Shown here one piece after another: positions 36,866 through 46,653 of a stretch of 64,000 bases of DNA; within the stretch, counting starts at the first letter, position 1; each line of letters starts with the position of its first letter. Location: NCBI GenBank assembly GCA_902760755.1, contig CACWHK010000004.1:12666-76665 (forward strand). Reading direction: 5' to 3'. A program made the position numbers and the translations under genes. Below the pieces are notes generated by a model that was not told the origin of the DNA, did no database searches, and saw nothing but the letters and a program-made list of their open reading frames with translations. Origin of the DNA: an uncultured Lachnospiraceae bacterium. Lineage in GTDB: Bacteria > Bacillota > Clostridia > Lachnospirales > Lachnospiraceae.

Positions 36866-39800
36866 ATGGACAGAGTTGAAAAGAATTCCGGATACTGGTC
36901 AGAGCTGATGGCAGATTCCGGCAGGTATCTGAAATTCTATAACATCAAAGGAAACGACTATGGTTCCGTACCGGTCAGAATAAAGGAAGACAGTGTCCTT
37001 GCCCATGTGAGTGAGACGAATTCTTCGTTGTTTGACTTTTACGGGAGCGTATTTGCGCTGTATCTGTCACGGATCGACCGGCTCCCCGGTGTTTTGATGT
37101 ATACCGGAATGCCTGCAAAGGAAGGTGAACAGCCCGGAAGGAAGACGCTGCTCAGGGTTCCTGTGGATCAGGAGAGCAGCTTCCCGGATTTCCTTCGGTC
37201 CTTTAAAGCAGCGTATCAGGAGGCTGTGGAGCATACGGATGTTGATGTGAGTCAGTATCTTACGGAGAAAGGCTCCTATTACTCGGTTTATGACCTTTCT
37301 GATTCTGATGAGAGTAAGGATGCGAATTCGGAGGATGCCTATGCCCTGATGCTGATCCTTCGGGAAGGCGCAGTGGAGATAAAGTATAACACCGGGCTTT
37401 TCACGGAGACGTATATAAGTCACATGGTGAAGAATCTGGAAAGCTTAACCGATGAGATCCTTCGCTCTCAGGAATGTAAGATTTCGGATCTGGACATTCT
37501 TTCGAAAGAGGAGAAGGAATGCCTATCCGAATTCTCCAAGGGTAAAACCATTGAAGTAGATCAGGACAGGATGTTTGCAGAGGCGTTCCGAAGCTTTGCG
37601 GCAGAGAATCCGAATGCTCTGGCGGTAGATGACGGGGTGAATAAGATCAGTTATGTAGAACTGGAGAGATCCAGCAATTCCGTGGCTTATGATCTGGCAA
37701 ACCGGTTCCATATTGCCCCCGGCAGCCGCGTGGCATTAATGCTTCCGAGAACCTATCATTTCCCGGAACTGGTTCTGGCTTTGAATAAGATTGGTGCAGC
37801 TTATGTTCCCATCGATACACAGTTTCCGGTGAACCGAATCCGGCATATGATCGGCATCGCCGGAGTGGATCATTTCATCACAGTAAAAGCCATAGGAGAG
37901 AAACTGGATTCGGACATCCGTGTGATCTGTCTGGAAGATCTTAAATATGACCATGATGTGGTAGTGGAGATACAGAGTAAAAAAGAGGACTTGTTCGCTA
38001 TCCTCTTTACCTCCGGCACCACAGGCATCCCCAAGGGAGTTATGTTTTACAACCGGCAGTTCCCATGGGCTGCCGTAGCTTTAACGGATGTGTTTCATAC
38101 CTCCTGCGGGGACTGCATGGGATCTTTCTTCAGCTTCAGCTTTGTGGCATCCTTTGTGGTCTGTGCAGCACTTTTTATGGGTTGCTCCCTCAGACTGTTC
38201 AACGAAGAGGAGCAAAGGAACAGCCTGCTGCTGATCAAGGCGCTGAAAGAAAATCATATGAACAGCCTGATCCTGCCTCCGACGGTGGGAATTCCCATCT
38301 ACGAAAGGGAAGATCTGAATCTGGATTATCTGGTCCTGGCCGGTGCTAAGCTGAATGAACTCAGTCATACAGAGAGACACACCAGGCTGGTGAATTTCTA
38401 CGGCACCACCGAAACCATAGTAGCCATCAGTAAGATCTATGATCTGGAGAACACTAAGGACGACCGGGTTCCTTTGGGAAGACCGGTTGCGAATACCTCG
38501 GCCTATATTCTGGATGAGCAGAATCGTCAGATGCCTGTAGGCGTTCCCGGTGAGATCTGCATATCCGGTGGCATTATGACGCCCGGATATTGCAATGATC
38601 AGGAGCTGACCGCCAAAAGCTTTGTGGAGAATCCCTATTCTGACTGCGATACCAACCGGACCATGTATCGTACCGGTGATATCGGCTATTATAATTTTGA
38701 TGGCGAGATCGAGATCATCGGACGGGAAGATGACCAGCTTTCTGTCAGAGGCTTCCGGATCGAATCCGGCGAGATCTCAGCCATCATGAAGAGCTTCCCG
38801 GAGATTGCTGATGTATGTCTGGATGTTGAAAATGATACACTGACCGCGTATTATACACTCTCGAATAAAACCGGTGTGGATCAGAAAACGGAAGATGCGG
38901 ATCAGGATTCGGAGCAGAATGATGACCTGTTGGAGAACCGGATCAGGGAAGCCCTGAAGCGGGAACTGCCCTATTATATGATTCCATCCCTTTTTGTAAA
39001 GCTGGATAAGATTCCGCTGAATATCAACGGAAAGGTCGATAGAACCGGCCTGAAAAGGGTGGCCCGGCAGCAGAACATAGAGATCAAGGATGAAACCCTC
39101 CGTGCAGTTGTGGAAGCGTTCCGTGAGGTTCTTAGGTTAGAGGTTGTACTGCCGGATGACCGCTTTGTTGCTCTGGGCGGAACCTCTCTTTCTGCCATGA
39201 GGCTGCAGCTTCTGCTGCAGGATAAGCTGAAGATCAGTCTCTCCGCGAATGAACTGATCGGCCTTTCCACGCCGGAGGAGATTGCGGATTATGTAAGGTC
39301 GAATCGAAATGCCCATCCGGTGGTGGATGAGAAGAAGTATTCCTTCGATGCACCATGTCCCTTATCAGAGTCTCAACTGAATATATACCTGGATGAAAGC
39401 GTACATGACCGGGAAACTGCGTATAACAACCCGTTCACTCTGCGGTTCAAAAAGGACGGATTTTCTGCAGATCTGCTGAAGCAGGCACTGCAGAAGGTGT
39501 TTAAAGCATTCCCGATATTAAAAGCACGTGTCCTGAATCAGGATGGTGCTTTGTCCCTCTGCTTTGATGCGGAACCCGTGATCACGGAAGGATCTGTAGA
39601 GGAGATCGGGTCCTTTGTCGTGCCCTTTAAAACGGATGAATGCCTCGCCAGATTTCTGATCGCCCGGGACGGAGAAGCTACGATCCTGTGCGCGGATGTT
39701 CATCACCTGATCTTTGACGGTGTTTCGTTAAATGTCTTCCTGAACAGCCTCTTTTCTGCTTTAGGGGAGGAAGCGTTGGATTCCGTGGATCGGGGATTAT

Positions 39801-42800
39801 TTAAGGAACTGGCCTTCGAGGAAGCAGTCGCTTCCTCCGGTATGGACGAGGCAAAGGCATTTTACAGAGAGATGCTTGCCGACAGAGAAGAAGCCCATGA
39901 ACTGCTGCCTTCCGTCACCGGAGCAGGGGAAGATTTTGAATATATAGAGACTTTTGACATGGATATGGAGCAGCTGGCTTCCTTTCTTCGAAAGCATGCC
40001 ATCACCCACAACCAGTTTTTTGCGGGTGTCTTTGCCTATACCCTTTCCAGGTTCACCGGCGGAGAGAAGGCACTCTTTAATCTGATCGAAGACGGAAGGG
40101 GGCATGTGGATCTGTCCCGGTCTATCGGAATGTATGTAAAGACACTTCCGGTTCTTATGGACTGTAAGGATCAGGACATGGCGTCCTTCCTTTCGTTAGT
40201 CTCGGAACGGATCAATTCCGTCATGAAGTATGACCTGGTCCCCTTCCGTATCCTGGCTTCCGAATTTGATCTTACCGCAGGTATTCTGTTCCAGTATTCT
40301 CATGCCATGTTTACGGATGCCCTGAACATGGAGGGAAGAAATATAGAGATCGAACCGTTAAAGCATGATCTGGATTCGGAGCTGTCCTTTAATGTTTTAA
40401 ACAACGGGGAGAAGGGACTGACACTCAGGATCCTTTCCTCCTCCCGCTATTCGGAGGAATTTATTACTCGTTTTGCCAAAGCGTATCAGCAGATCCTCCG
40501 GGGGATGATGACGGCAGAGCGGCTGAAGGAGATTCCTTATACATCCGAAGAGGATATCTCTCTGCTAAATGGCTGGAACCTGACGGAAGTTAGTCTTCCC
40601 TATGGGCATATTCTGGAGGCTTTCCGTGATACCCTGTCCAAGTATCCGGAAAATAAAATGGTTGTATATAAGGATGCATCCTATACCTTTGCGGAGGGGG
40701 CTTTTATCGCGGATCGGATCCGGCAGAAGCTTCTTTCCCTTGGCATTACGCCGGAGGACAGAGTCGGATTTCTGGTCCCCCGTTCGGAGCTGTATATGTT
40801 CTCCGTTTTAGGTATTCTTTCCACAGGTGCAGCCTATGTTCCGTTGGATGAGAATCTGCCGGATGAACGTCTGTCCTTCATGATTCAGGATGCCGTAACC
40901 GGTTGTCTGATCGTAAGCGATGATACACAGGAACGGGCAAAGAAGCTGGCAGGGGACGGTATTACCCTTTTCAATATCTCCGGGATCATGAAAGAGGATA
41001 TCGGAACGCTGACGGAGCTTACCTTTACTCCGGGAACGATTGCTTCCATACTCTACACCAGCGGCAGTACCGGTATTCCGAAAGGTGTGAAGATTACTAC
41101 AGGAGCGGTACTAAACTATACATCTTTCCACCTGAAGAAGATCCCGCTTCTTCCGGGAGATGTTTGTGCGTTATATGCTTCCATCGGGTTTGATGTCTCC
41201 ATGGAGGTTCTCTTCTCCGTGCTTTCCTCCGGTGCATGTATGGATATCGTTCCGGAAGAGAAGAAGCTGGATATTCATGCGCTGAATCGTCATTTCGTGG
41301 AGCATGGTGTGACGCAGGCACATCTCCCTGCGCAGATGGCCCGGCTGTTTATCCGTGAGATTGCTGATACATCCCTTCGGGATCTGGTAAGCGGCGGAGA
41401 GAAGCTGGGGCGGGTTCGTGTTGACAGAGATTACAGGATCACGGATACCTATGGGCCTACGGAAGCATGTATAACCGTGACATGTATCGATCTGAAGGAT
41501 AAGATCGATCCGTCCGGTATCGGTTTTGTGATCAGCAATATGAAAGCGTATGTTCTGGACAAAGAGCGAAGAAGAGTACCGGTGGGGGCTGTGGGAGAAC
41601 TGTATCTCTCCGGCCTGCAGCTTGCAGACGGATACCTGAACCGTAAGGAGGAAACCAACCGGGCATTTTTGACGAATCCTTTTGAAGACAGAAAGGAATA
41701 TGGAATCATCTATGCCACAGGGGATGTGGTAAGGGTTTTGCCGGATGGAAGGTACGGATTCATCGGAAGGCGGGACAGCCAGGTAAAGATCCGTGGAAAC
41801 CGGCTGGAACTTACGGAAGTCGAAGCCGTGATCCGAAAGATCGATGGGGTAAGCGATGTGACCGCCCAGATCCGGAAGCTGGACGGGAATAATGAACTGG
41901 TCGTTTATGTTGTATCAGAGGATCCGGATAATGAATCCGCCGCGAACAGGGTAGTATCTTATCTAAGTGGCCGTGTACCGGAGTATATGGTTCCATCCTT
42001 TGTGATCCGTCTTGACAGCATTCCGGTGAATGTCAATGGTAAGGTGGACAAGCGTGCATTACCGGAGGTTGATTTCGGCATGCTGCATGCAGAGTATGCT
42101 GCACCCCGAAATGAACTGGAAGAACGAGTTGTCCGTGAATTTGAAAGAGTCTTTGAACTGGAGCAGGTCGGAATCAATGATGATTTCGTCCGCCTTGGCG
42201 GCGACTCCCTGACGGCGGTGAAGCTGGTTTCTGTTTTGGGAAATACCGGCATCACGGTCGGCGATATTCTGCGCCTTCGGACGCCGGCGGCCATTGCCGA
42301 TACTATGAAGGGATCTTTGTATTCGTTCAAGGCTGATCTCACGAAATACTCCTATGACAGACCCTGTCCATTATCGGAATCCCAGTTAAATGTATATCTG
42401 GATGAAAGCGTTCATGAAAAGGGAACGGCATATAATATTCCCTATATCATCCGGTTCCGTGAAAACTATTCCCCGGACAGGATCAGGGCTGCGCTGGAGG
42501 AACTTCTTACGGCATATCCGGTCCTGCGAGGCCGGGTCCGGGATACGGAAGGGTCACCGGCCATGGCATATGACGCGGAACCCGAAATCCGGGAAGGCTC
42601 CGTGGATGAGATCAGTTCCTTTGTAAGGCCGTTCGAACTGGAAAAAAGTCTGTCGAGATTCATGATCCTCCGGGAGGAAGACGCCACAGTTCTTTGTGTG
42701 GATTTCCACCATCTGGTCTTTGACGGCGCTTCCATGAATGTCTTCCTGGATAGTCTGGGGGCTCTCTTGCAGGGAGATACCATAGACTCTGTAGATATGG

Positions 42801-45800
42801 GAATGCTACAGGAGACTTCCCTGGAAGAGTTCATCCGTTCGTCCGGAATGGATGAGGCTCTCGACTTCTATGCTCATATGCTTGCCGACAGGGATGAGGT
42901 TTATCCCATGCTCCCGTCTGTGAATGGTGCAGAGAAAGCTTTTGAATCAATCCATACCTTCGACATTGATAAGAAGCAGTTGGACGCTTTCTTACGGAAG
43001 CATTCCATGACACGTAACCAGTACTTTATGGGTATCTTTGCCTATACCCTTTCCAGGTTCAGCGGCTCGGAGAAGGTGCTTTTCAATCTGATCGAAGACG
43101 GAAGAGGCCATATGGACCTGTCCCGTTCCATCGGAATGTATGTAAAGACCCTGCCGATCCTTATGGATTGCCGGAATCAGAAGGTTGATGCTTTTCTTTC
43201 CTACGCATCGGATCTCATGAATTCCGTGATGGAATATGATCTGGTTCCGTTCCGAACGCTTGCTTCCGGATATGAATTGAATGCCGGGACTACATTCCAG
43301 TATGCACATTCTCTCTATATGGATACCCTGAACCGATACGGGCAAAGTCTCAAACTTGAGCCGCTGCCGCAGGATCCGGATGCGGAGCTTTCCTTCTATG
43401 TATTTGACAATGAAGATGACGGCCTGATCCTTCGGATCAAGTCTTCCTCACGTTATTCGGAAGATTTTATACAACGCTTTGCCGAGTCCTATGAAATGAT
43501 TCTCCGGAGTATGATGACAGCTGAGCGGATGCAGGAGATTTCTTATATTTCCACGAAGGATCTGTCACTGTTAAACGGCTGGAATCAGACAGAAGCGAAA
43601 CTCCCCTATGGGCATATTCTGGAGGCTTTCCGTGATACCCTGTCCAAATATCCGGGAAATAGATTAGTGACATATAAGGATACATCCTATACCTTTGCCG
43701 AGGGGGCTTTTATCGCGGATCGGATCCGGCAGAAGCTTCTTTCGCTTGGCATTACGCCGGAGGACAGAGTCGGATTTCTGGTGCCCCGTTCGGAGCTGTA
43801 TGTGTTCTCTGTTTTAGGTATTCTTTCCACAGGTGCAGCCTATGTTCCGCTGGATGAGAATCTGCCGGATGAGCGTCTGTCCTTTATAATCCGGGATGCA
43901 GTGAACGGGTGTCTTATCGTTAGCGATGATACTCAGGAACGGGCGGAAAAGCTGGCCGGGTATGGAAGTACCCTTTTCAACATCTCCGGGATACTGAAAG
44001 AGGAGATCGGAACGCTGACGGAGTTGCCTTTTACTTCAGGCAATATTGCTGCCATACTTTACACCAGCGGTAGCACCGGCATTCCGAAAGGGGTGAAGAT
44101 TACCGCGAGATCCGTGCTGAATTTCGCTACGTCCCATAGGAGGGATATACCGCTTCTTCCGGGAGATAATTGTGCTTTATATGCTTCCATCGGGTTTGAT
44201 GTGTCCATGGAGGTTCTCTTTTCCGTGTTTTCTTCCGGCGCATGCATGGATATCATTCCAAACGAGAAAAAGCTGGATATTCAGGCGCTGAATCGTCATT
44301 TCGTAGACCGGGGTGTGACACAGGCACATCTTCCCACACAGATAGCCCGGCTATTCATTCAGGAGATTGCTGATACCTCCCTTCGGGATCTGGTATGCGG
44401 CGGAGAGAAACTGGGACAGGTGAGTGTTGACAGAGATTACAGGATCACAGATACCTATGGTCCGACCGAGGCGTGTGTATATGTTACCAGTATCGATCTG
44501 AAAGAGAAGATCGATCCTTCAAGTATCGGTTTTGTGATCGGCAATACGAAAGCGTATGTTCTGGACAAAGAGCGTAGAAGAGTACCGGTGGGTGCTGTGG
44601 GTGAATTGTATCTCTCCGGGCCGCAGCTTGCGGACGGATACCTGAACCGCGAGGAAGAAACTGCCCGTGCATTTCTTCCGAATCCTTTTGAAGAAGGCTC
44701 GGGATACTATAGTACATTCTATGCCACAGGAGATGTGGTAAGAATCTTACCCGATGGCAGTTACGGATTCATCGGACGACGGGACAGTCAGGTGAAGATC
44801 CGGGGGAACCGGCTGGAATTATCAGAAGTTGAAGCTTTGATCCGAAAGATCGACGGGGTAAGTGACGTGACTGCCCGGATCCGGAAGCTGGATGGAAATA
44901 ATGAGCTGATCGTTTATGTTGTAACGGAGGATCCGGATGAGGAAGCGGCAGCGAGCAGGGTACAGTCGTACCTCACCGGTCGTGTGCCGGATTATATGAT
45001 TCCTTCCTTTGTGATCCGGATGGACAGTATACCGCTGAATGTCAACGGGAAGGTGGATAGGCGTGCGCTGCCGGAGGTTGACTTCAGCAGGCTGCACGCA
45101 GAGTATGCTGCACCGAGAAATGAACTGGAAGCGCGTATCGTCCGTGAATTTGAACGGGTATTTGAAATGGAACGGATCGGTATCCATGATGATTTCATGA
45201 GCCTGGGTGGAGATTCCCTGACTGCGGTGAAACTGCTGTCAGGTCTTCGGGACTATGGAATTAGGGTGGCGGATATTCTAAGCCTTCGTACGCCGGCGGC
45301 CATAGCTGAGGGAGTGGAGGAGCTGTCTCCGAAAAAGGTACATTATACCCTTGACAGTGGCTGCCCGTTGAACAACTCCCAGATGACGATCTATAAGGAC
45401 TATGAAAAACGCAGGAAAAATGACACCTTTATGATTCCGGTGATCATTCCCATCGATAAAAGATACAGCAAGAAGCAGATCCGGAGAGCGCTGGATATTG
45501 TATTTAAGGCACATCCGGTGATGAGCATGCATGTGGAACTCCGGGATGGAACCCCCTGGCTTGTAAAGGGTTCCAACCCGGAGGTACGGAAGGGTGTGAC
45601 CAACCTGGCGAATATGATCAGGCATCTGGAAGAGGAGTTTGATATCTTCGAAAGCCTGTCAAAGCATGTGGTCGTAAGAACACCGAGAAAGCGTTATCTG
45701 GTGTCGATCTTCCATCATATCTGCTTTGACCTTATATCCGGGAACGTGTTCCGAAGGGAATTCCTGAATGCGCTGAGGGGTGTAGTGCCGAAGCACGTAG

Positions 45801-46546
45801 ATACCGATTTCTTAAAGATAGCCGCTTTCCAGCAGCAGACCCGAAACAGCGAGGGATATGATCAGATCATGCAGGATGCCAGGACCATGTTAGGGAATCG
45901 GAAGGGAGTCGGTTTCTACCGAAATCCCGGAGAAATGGGGCATGCCGGATTTATCATGCAGGAGCTTTCCGTAAGCAGGAAGCAGGTAAAGAGATTTACG
46001 GACAGATTCGGAACCAACAAAAACATTTTATTTACTTCGGCGCTGGCCCTCACCTTAGCCGGACTGACCGGGAAGGATGACGTCCTCTTCGGCATAAATG
46101 AGAACGGACGGGACAGATTCCTAAGCTATAACGCCATTGGTTTATATATGAATGTTGTCCCTATGGTGGCGCATGTGGACCGTCGGAATATGAAGACGTT
46201 TCTGAAGAGTCTTTCTGATCAGTATTATAAATATGCTCGACTCAGTCATTATCCCTTTGGGCCTCTGGCGCTGGAATTAGGTGTTTCACCGATCATCTTG
46301 TTCCAGTTTTTGCCGGAATGGATCATTGATGACGGTGGATATGATCATTTACCGGTCGGGGAGAAGGTGCTCAATAAAATCGTCTCGACGATGACGGACC
46401 TTGTGGTGGAAGCACATATGGAGCTTGTGGAAGGGAAGAACGGCTATACGCTCCGGATCTACCATTCAGGATATTACAGCAGAAAGATGATCAAACGGCT
46501 GGCGTATACCTATCAGGAGACATTATCCCGGATGCTGAGGGACTAA
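36866..46546 (+). CDS. Non-ribosomal peptide synthetase: partial C-A-T-C-A-T-C-A-T-C, no thioesterase
   Basis: Three A domains (TSGTTGIPKG, TSGSTGIPKG x2; YGTTE/YGPTE; TGD; NGKVD). T domains GGTSL, GGDSL, GGDSL. C domains HHLIFDG, HHLVFDG, HHICFDL. Confidence 0.95.
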   Translation: MDRVEKNSGYWSELMADSGRYLKFYNIKGNDYGSVPVRIKEDSVLAHVSETNSSLFDFYGSVFALYLSRIDRLPGVLMYTGMPAKEGEQPGRKTLLRVPVDQESSFPDFLRSFKAAYQEAVEHTDVDVSQYLTEKGSYYSVYDLSDSDESKDANSEDAYALMLILREGAVEIKYNTGLFTETYISHMVKNLESLTDEILRSQECKISDLDILSKEEKECLSEFSKGKTIEVDQDRMFAEAFRSFAAENPNALAVDDGVNKISYVELERSSNSVAYDLANRFHIAPGSRVALMLPRTYHFPELVLALNKIGAAYVPIDTQFPVNRIRHMIGIAGVDHFITVKAIGEKLDSDIRVICLEDLKYDHDVVVEIQSKKEDLFAILFTSGTTGIPKGVMFYNRQFPWAAVALTDVFHTSCGDCMGSFFSFSFVASFVVCAALFMGCSLRLFNEEEQRNSLLLIKALKENHMNSLILPPTVGIPIYEREDLNLDYLVLAGAKLNELSHTERHTRLVNFYGTTETIVAISKIYDLENTKDDRVPLGRPVANTSAYILDEQNRQMPVGVPGEICISGGIMTPGYCNDQELTAKSFVENPYSDCDTNRTMYRTGDIGYYNFDGEIEIIGREDDQLSVRGFRIESGEISAIMKSFPEIADVCLDVENDTLTAYYTLSNKTGVDQKTEDADQDSEQNDDLLENRIREALKRELPYYMIPSLFVKLDKIPLNINGKVDRTGLKRVARQQNIEIKDETLRAVVEAFREVLRLEVVLPDDRFVALGGTSLSAMRLQLLLQDKLKISLSANELIGLSTPEEIADYVRSNRNAHPVVDEKKYSFDAPCPLSESQLNIYLDESVHDRETAYNNPFTLRFKKDGFSADLLKQALQKVFKAFPILKARVLNQDGALSLCFDAEPVITEGSVEEIGSFVVPFKTDECLARFLIARDGEATILCADVHHLIFDGVSLNVFLNSLFSALGEEALDSVDRGLFKELAFEEAVASSGMDEAKAFYREMLADREEAHELLPSVTGAGEDFEYIETFDMDMEQLASFLRKHAITHNQFFAGVFAYTLSRFTGGEKALFNLIEDGRGHVDLSRSIGMYVKTLPVLMDCKDQDMASFLSLVSERINSVMKYDLVPFRILASEFDLTAGILFQYSHAMFTDALNMEGRNIEIEPLKHDLDSELSFNVLNNGEKGLTLRILSSSRYSEEFITRFAKAYQQILRGMMTAERLKEIPYTSEEDISLLNGWNLTEVSLPYGHILEAFRDTLSKYPENKMVVYKDASYTFAEGAFIADRIRQKLLSLGITPEDRVGFLVPRSELYMFSVLGILSTGAAYVPLDENLPDERLSFMIQDAVTGCLIVSDDTQERAKKLAGDGITLFNISGIMKEDIGTLTELTFTPGTIASILYTSGSTGIPKGVKITTGAVLNYTSFHLKKIPLLPGDVCALYASIGFDVSMEVLFSVLSSGACMDIVPEEKKLDIHALNRHFVEHGVTQAHLPAQMARLFIREIADTSLRDLVSGGEKLGRVRVDRDYRITDTYGPTEACITVTCIDLKDKIDPSGIGFVISNMKAYVLDKERRRVPVGAVGELYLSGLQLADGYLNRKEETNRAFLTNPFEDRKEYGIIYATGDVVRVLPDGRYGFIGRRDSQVKIRGNRLELTEVEAVIRKIDGVSDVTAQIRKLDGNNELVVYVVSEDPDNESAANRVVSYLSGRVPEYMVPSFVIRLDSIPVNVNGKVDKRALPEVDFGMLHAEYAAPRNELEERVVREFERVFELEQVGINDDFVRLGGDSLTAVKLVSVLGNTGITVGDILRLRTPAAIADTMKGSLYSFKADLTKYSYDRPCPLSESQLNVYLDESVHEKGTAYNIPYIIRFRENYSPDRIRAALEELLTAYPVLRGRVRDTEGSPAMAYDAEPEIREGSVDEISSFVRPFELEKSLSRFMILREEDATVLCVDFHHLVFDGASMNVFLDSLGALLQGDTIDSVDMGMLQETSLEEFIRSSGMDEALDFYAHMLADRDEVYPMLPSVNGAEKAFESIHTFDIDKKQLDAFLRKHSMTRNQYFMGIFAYTLSRFSGSEKVLFNLIEDGRGHMDLSRSIGMYVKTLPILMDCRNQKVDAFLSYASDLMNSVMEYDLVPFRTLASGYELNAGTTFQYAHSLYMDTLNRYGQSLKLEPLPQDPDAELSFYVFDNEDDGLILRIKSSSRYSEDFIQRFAESYEMILRSMMTAERMQEISYISTKDLSLLNGWNQTEAKLPYGHILEAFRDTLSKYPGNRLVTYKDTSYTFAEGAFIADRIRQKLLSLGITPEDRVGFLVPRSELYVFSVLGILSTGAAYVPLDENLPDERLSFIIRDAVNGCLIVSDDTQERAEKLAGYGSTLFNISGILKEEIGTLTELPFTSGNIAAILYTSGSTGIPKGVKITARSVLNFATSHRRDIPLLPGDNCALYASIGFDVSMEVLFSVFSSGACMDIIPNEKKLDIQALNRHFVDRGVTQAHLPTQIARLFIQEIADTSLRDLVCGGEKLGQVSVDRDYRITDTYGPTEACVYVTSIDLKEKIDPSSIGFVIGNTKAYVLDKERRRVPVGAVGELYLSGPQLADGYLNREEETARAFLPNPFEEGSGYYSTFYATGDVVRILPDGSYGFIGRRDSQVKIRGNRLELSEVEALIRKIDGVSDVTARIRKLDGNNELIVYVVTEDPDEEAAASRVQSYLTGRVPDYMIPSFVIRMDSIPLNVNGKVDRRALPEVDFSRLHAEYAAPRNELEARIVREFERVFEMERIGIHDDFMSLGGDSLTAVKLLSGLRDYGIRVADILSLRTPAAIAEGVEELSPKKVHYTLDSGCPLNNSQMTIYKDYEKRRKNDTFMIPVIIPIDKRYSKKQIRRALDIVFKAHPVMSMHVELRDGTPWLVKGSNPEVRKGVTNLANMIRHLEEEFDIFESLSKHVVVRTPRKRYLVSIFHHICFDLISGNVFRREFLNALRGVVPKHVDTDFLKIAAFQQQTRNSEGYDQIMQDARTMLGNRKGVGFYRNPGEMGHAGFIMQELSVSRKQVKRFTDRFGTNKNILFTSALALTLAGLTGKDDVLFGINENGRDRFLSYNAIGLYMNVVPMVAHVDRRNMKTFLKSLSDQYYKYARLSHYPFGPLALELGVSPIILFQFLPEWIIDDGGYDHLPVGEKVLNKIVSTMTDLVVEAHMELVEGKNGYTLRIYHSGYYSRKMIKRLAYTYQETLSRMLRD
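39338..45310 (+). repeat. Tandem duplication of one NRPS C-A-T module (~3.0-kb period)
   Basis: Long identical DNA tracts, e.g. CCCTATGGGCATATTCTGGAGGCTTTCCGTGATACCCTGTCCAA at 40598 and 43604 (offset 3006). Confidence 0.88.
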
Positions 46547-46653
46547 GCAACGCTTCCCGTATACAGCGGGAAAAAGAGGTGCTATAATAATGCGTGCAAA
46601 GGGGAAGTAGTAAGCATTTATTTGGTAAAGGAAAAGAAGGAGAGGCGGAAGGT

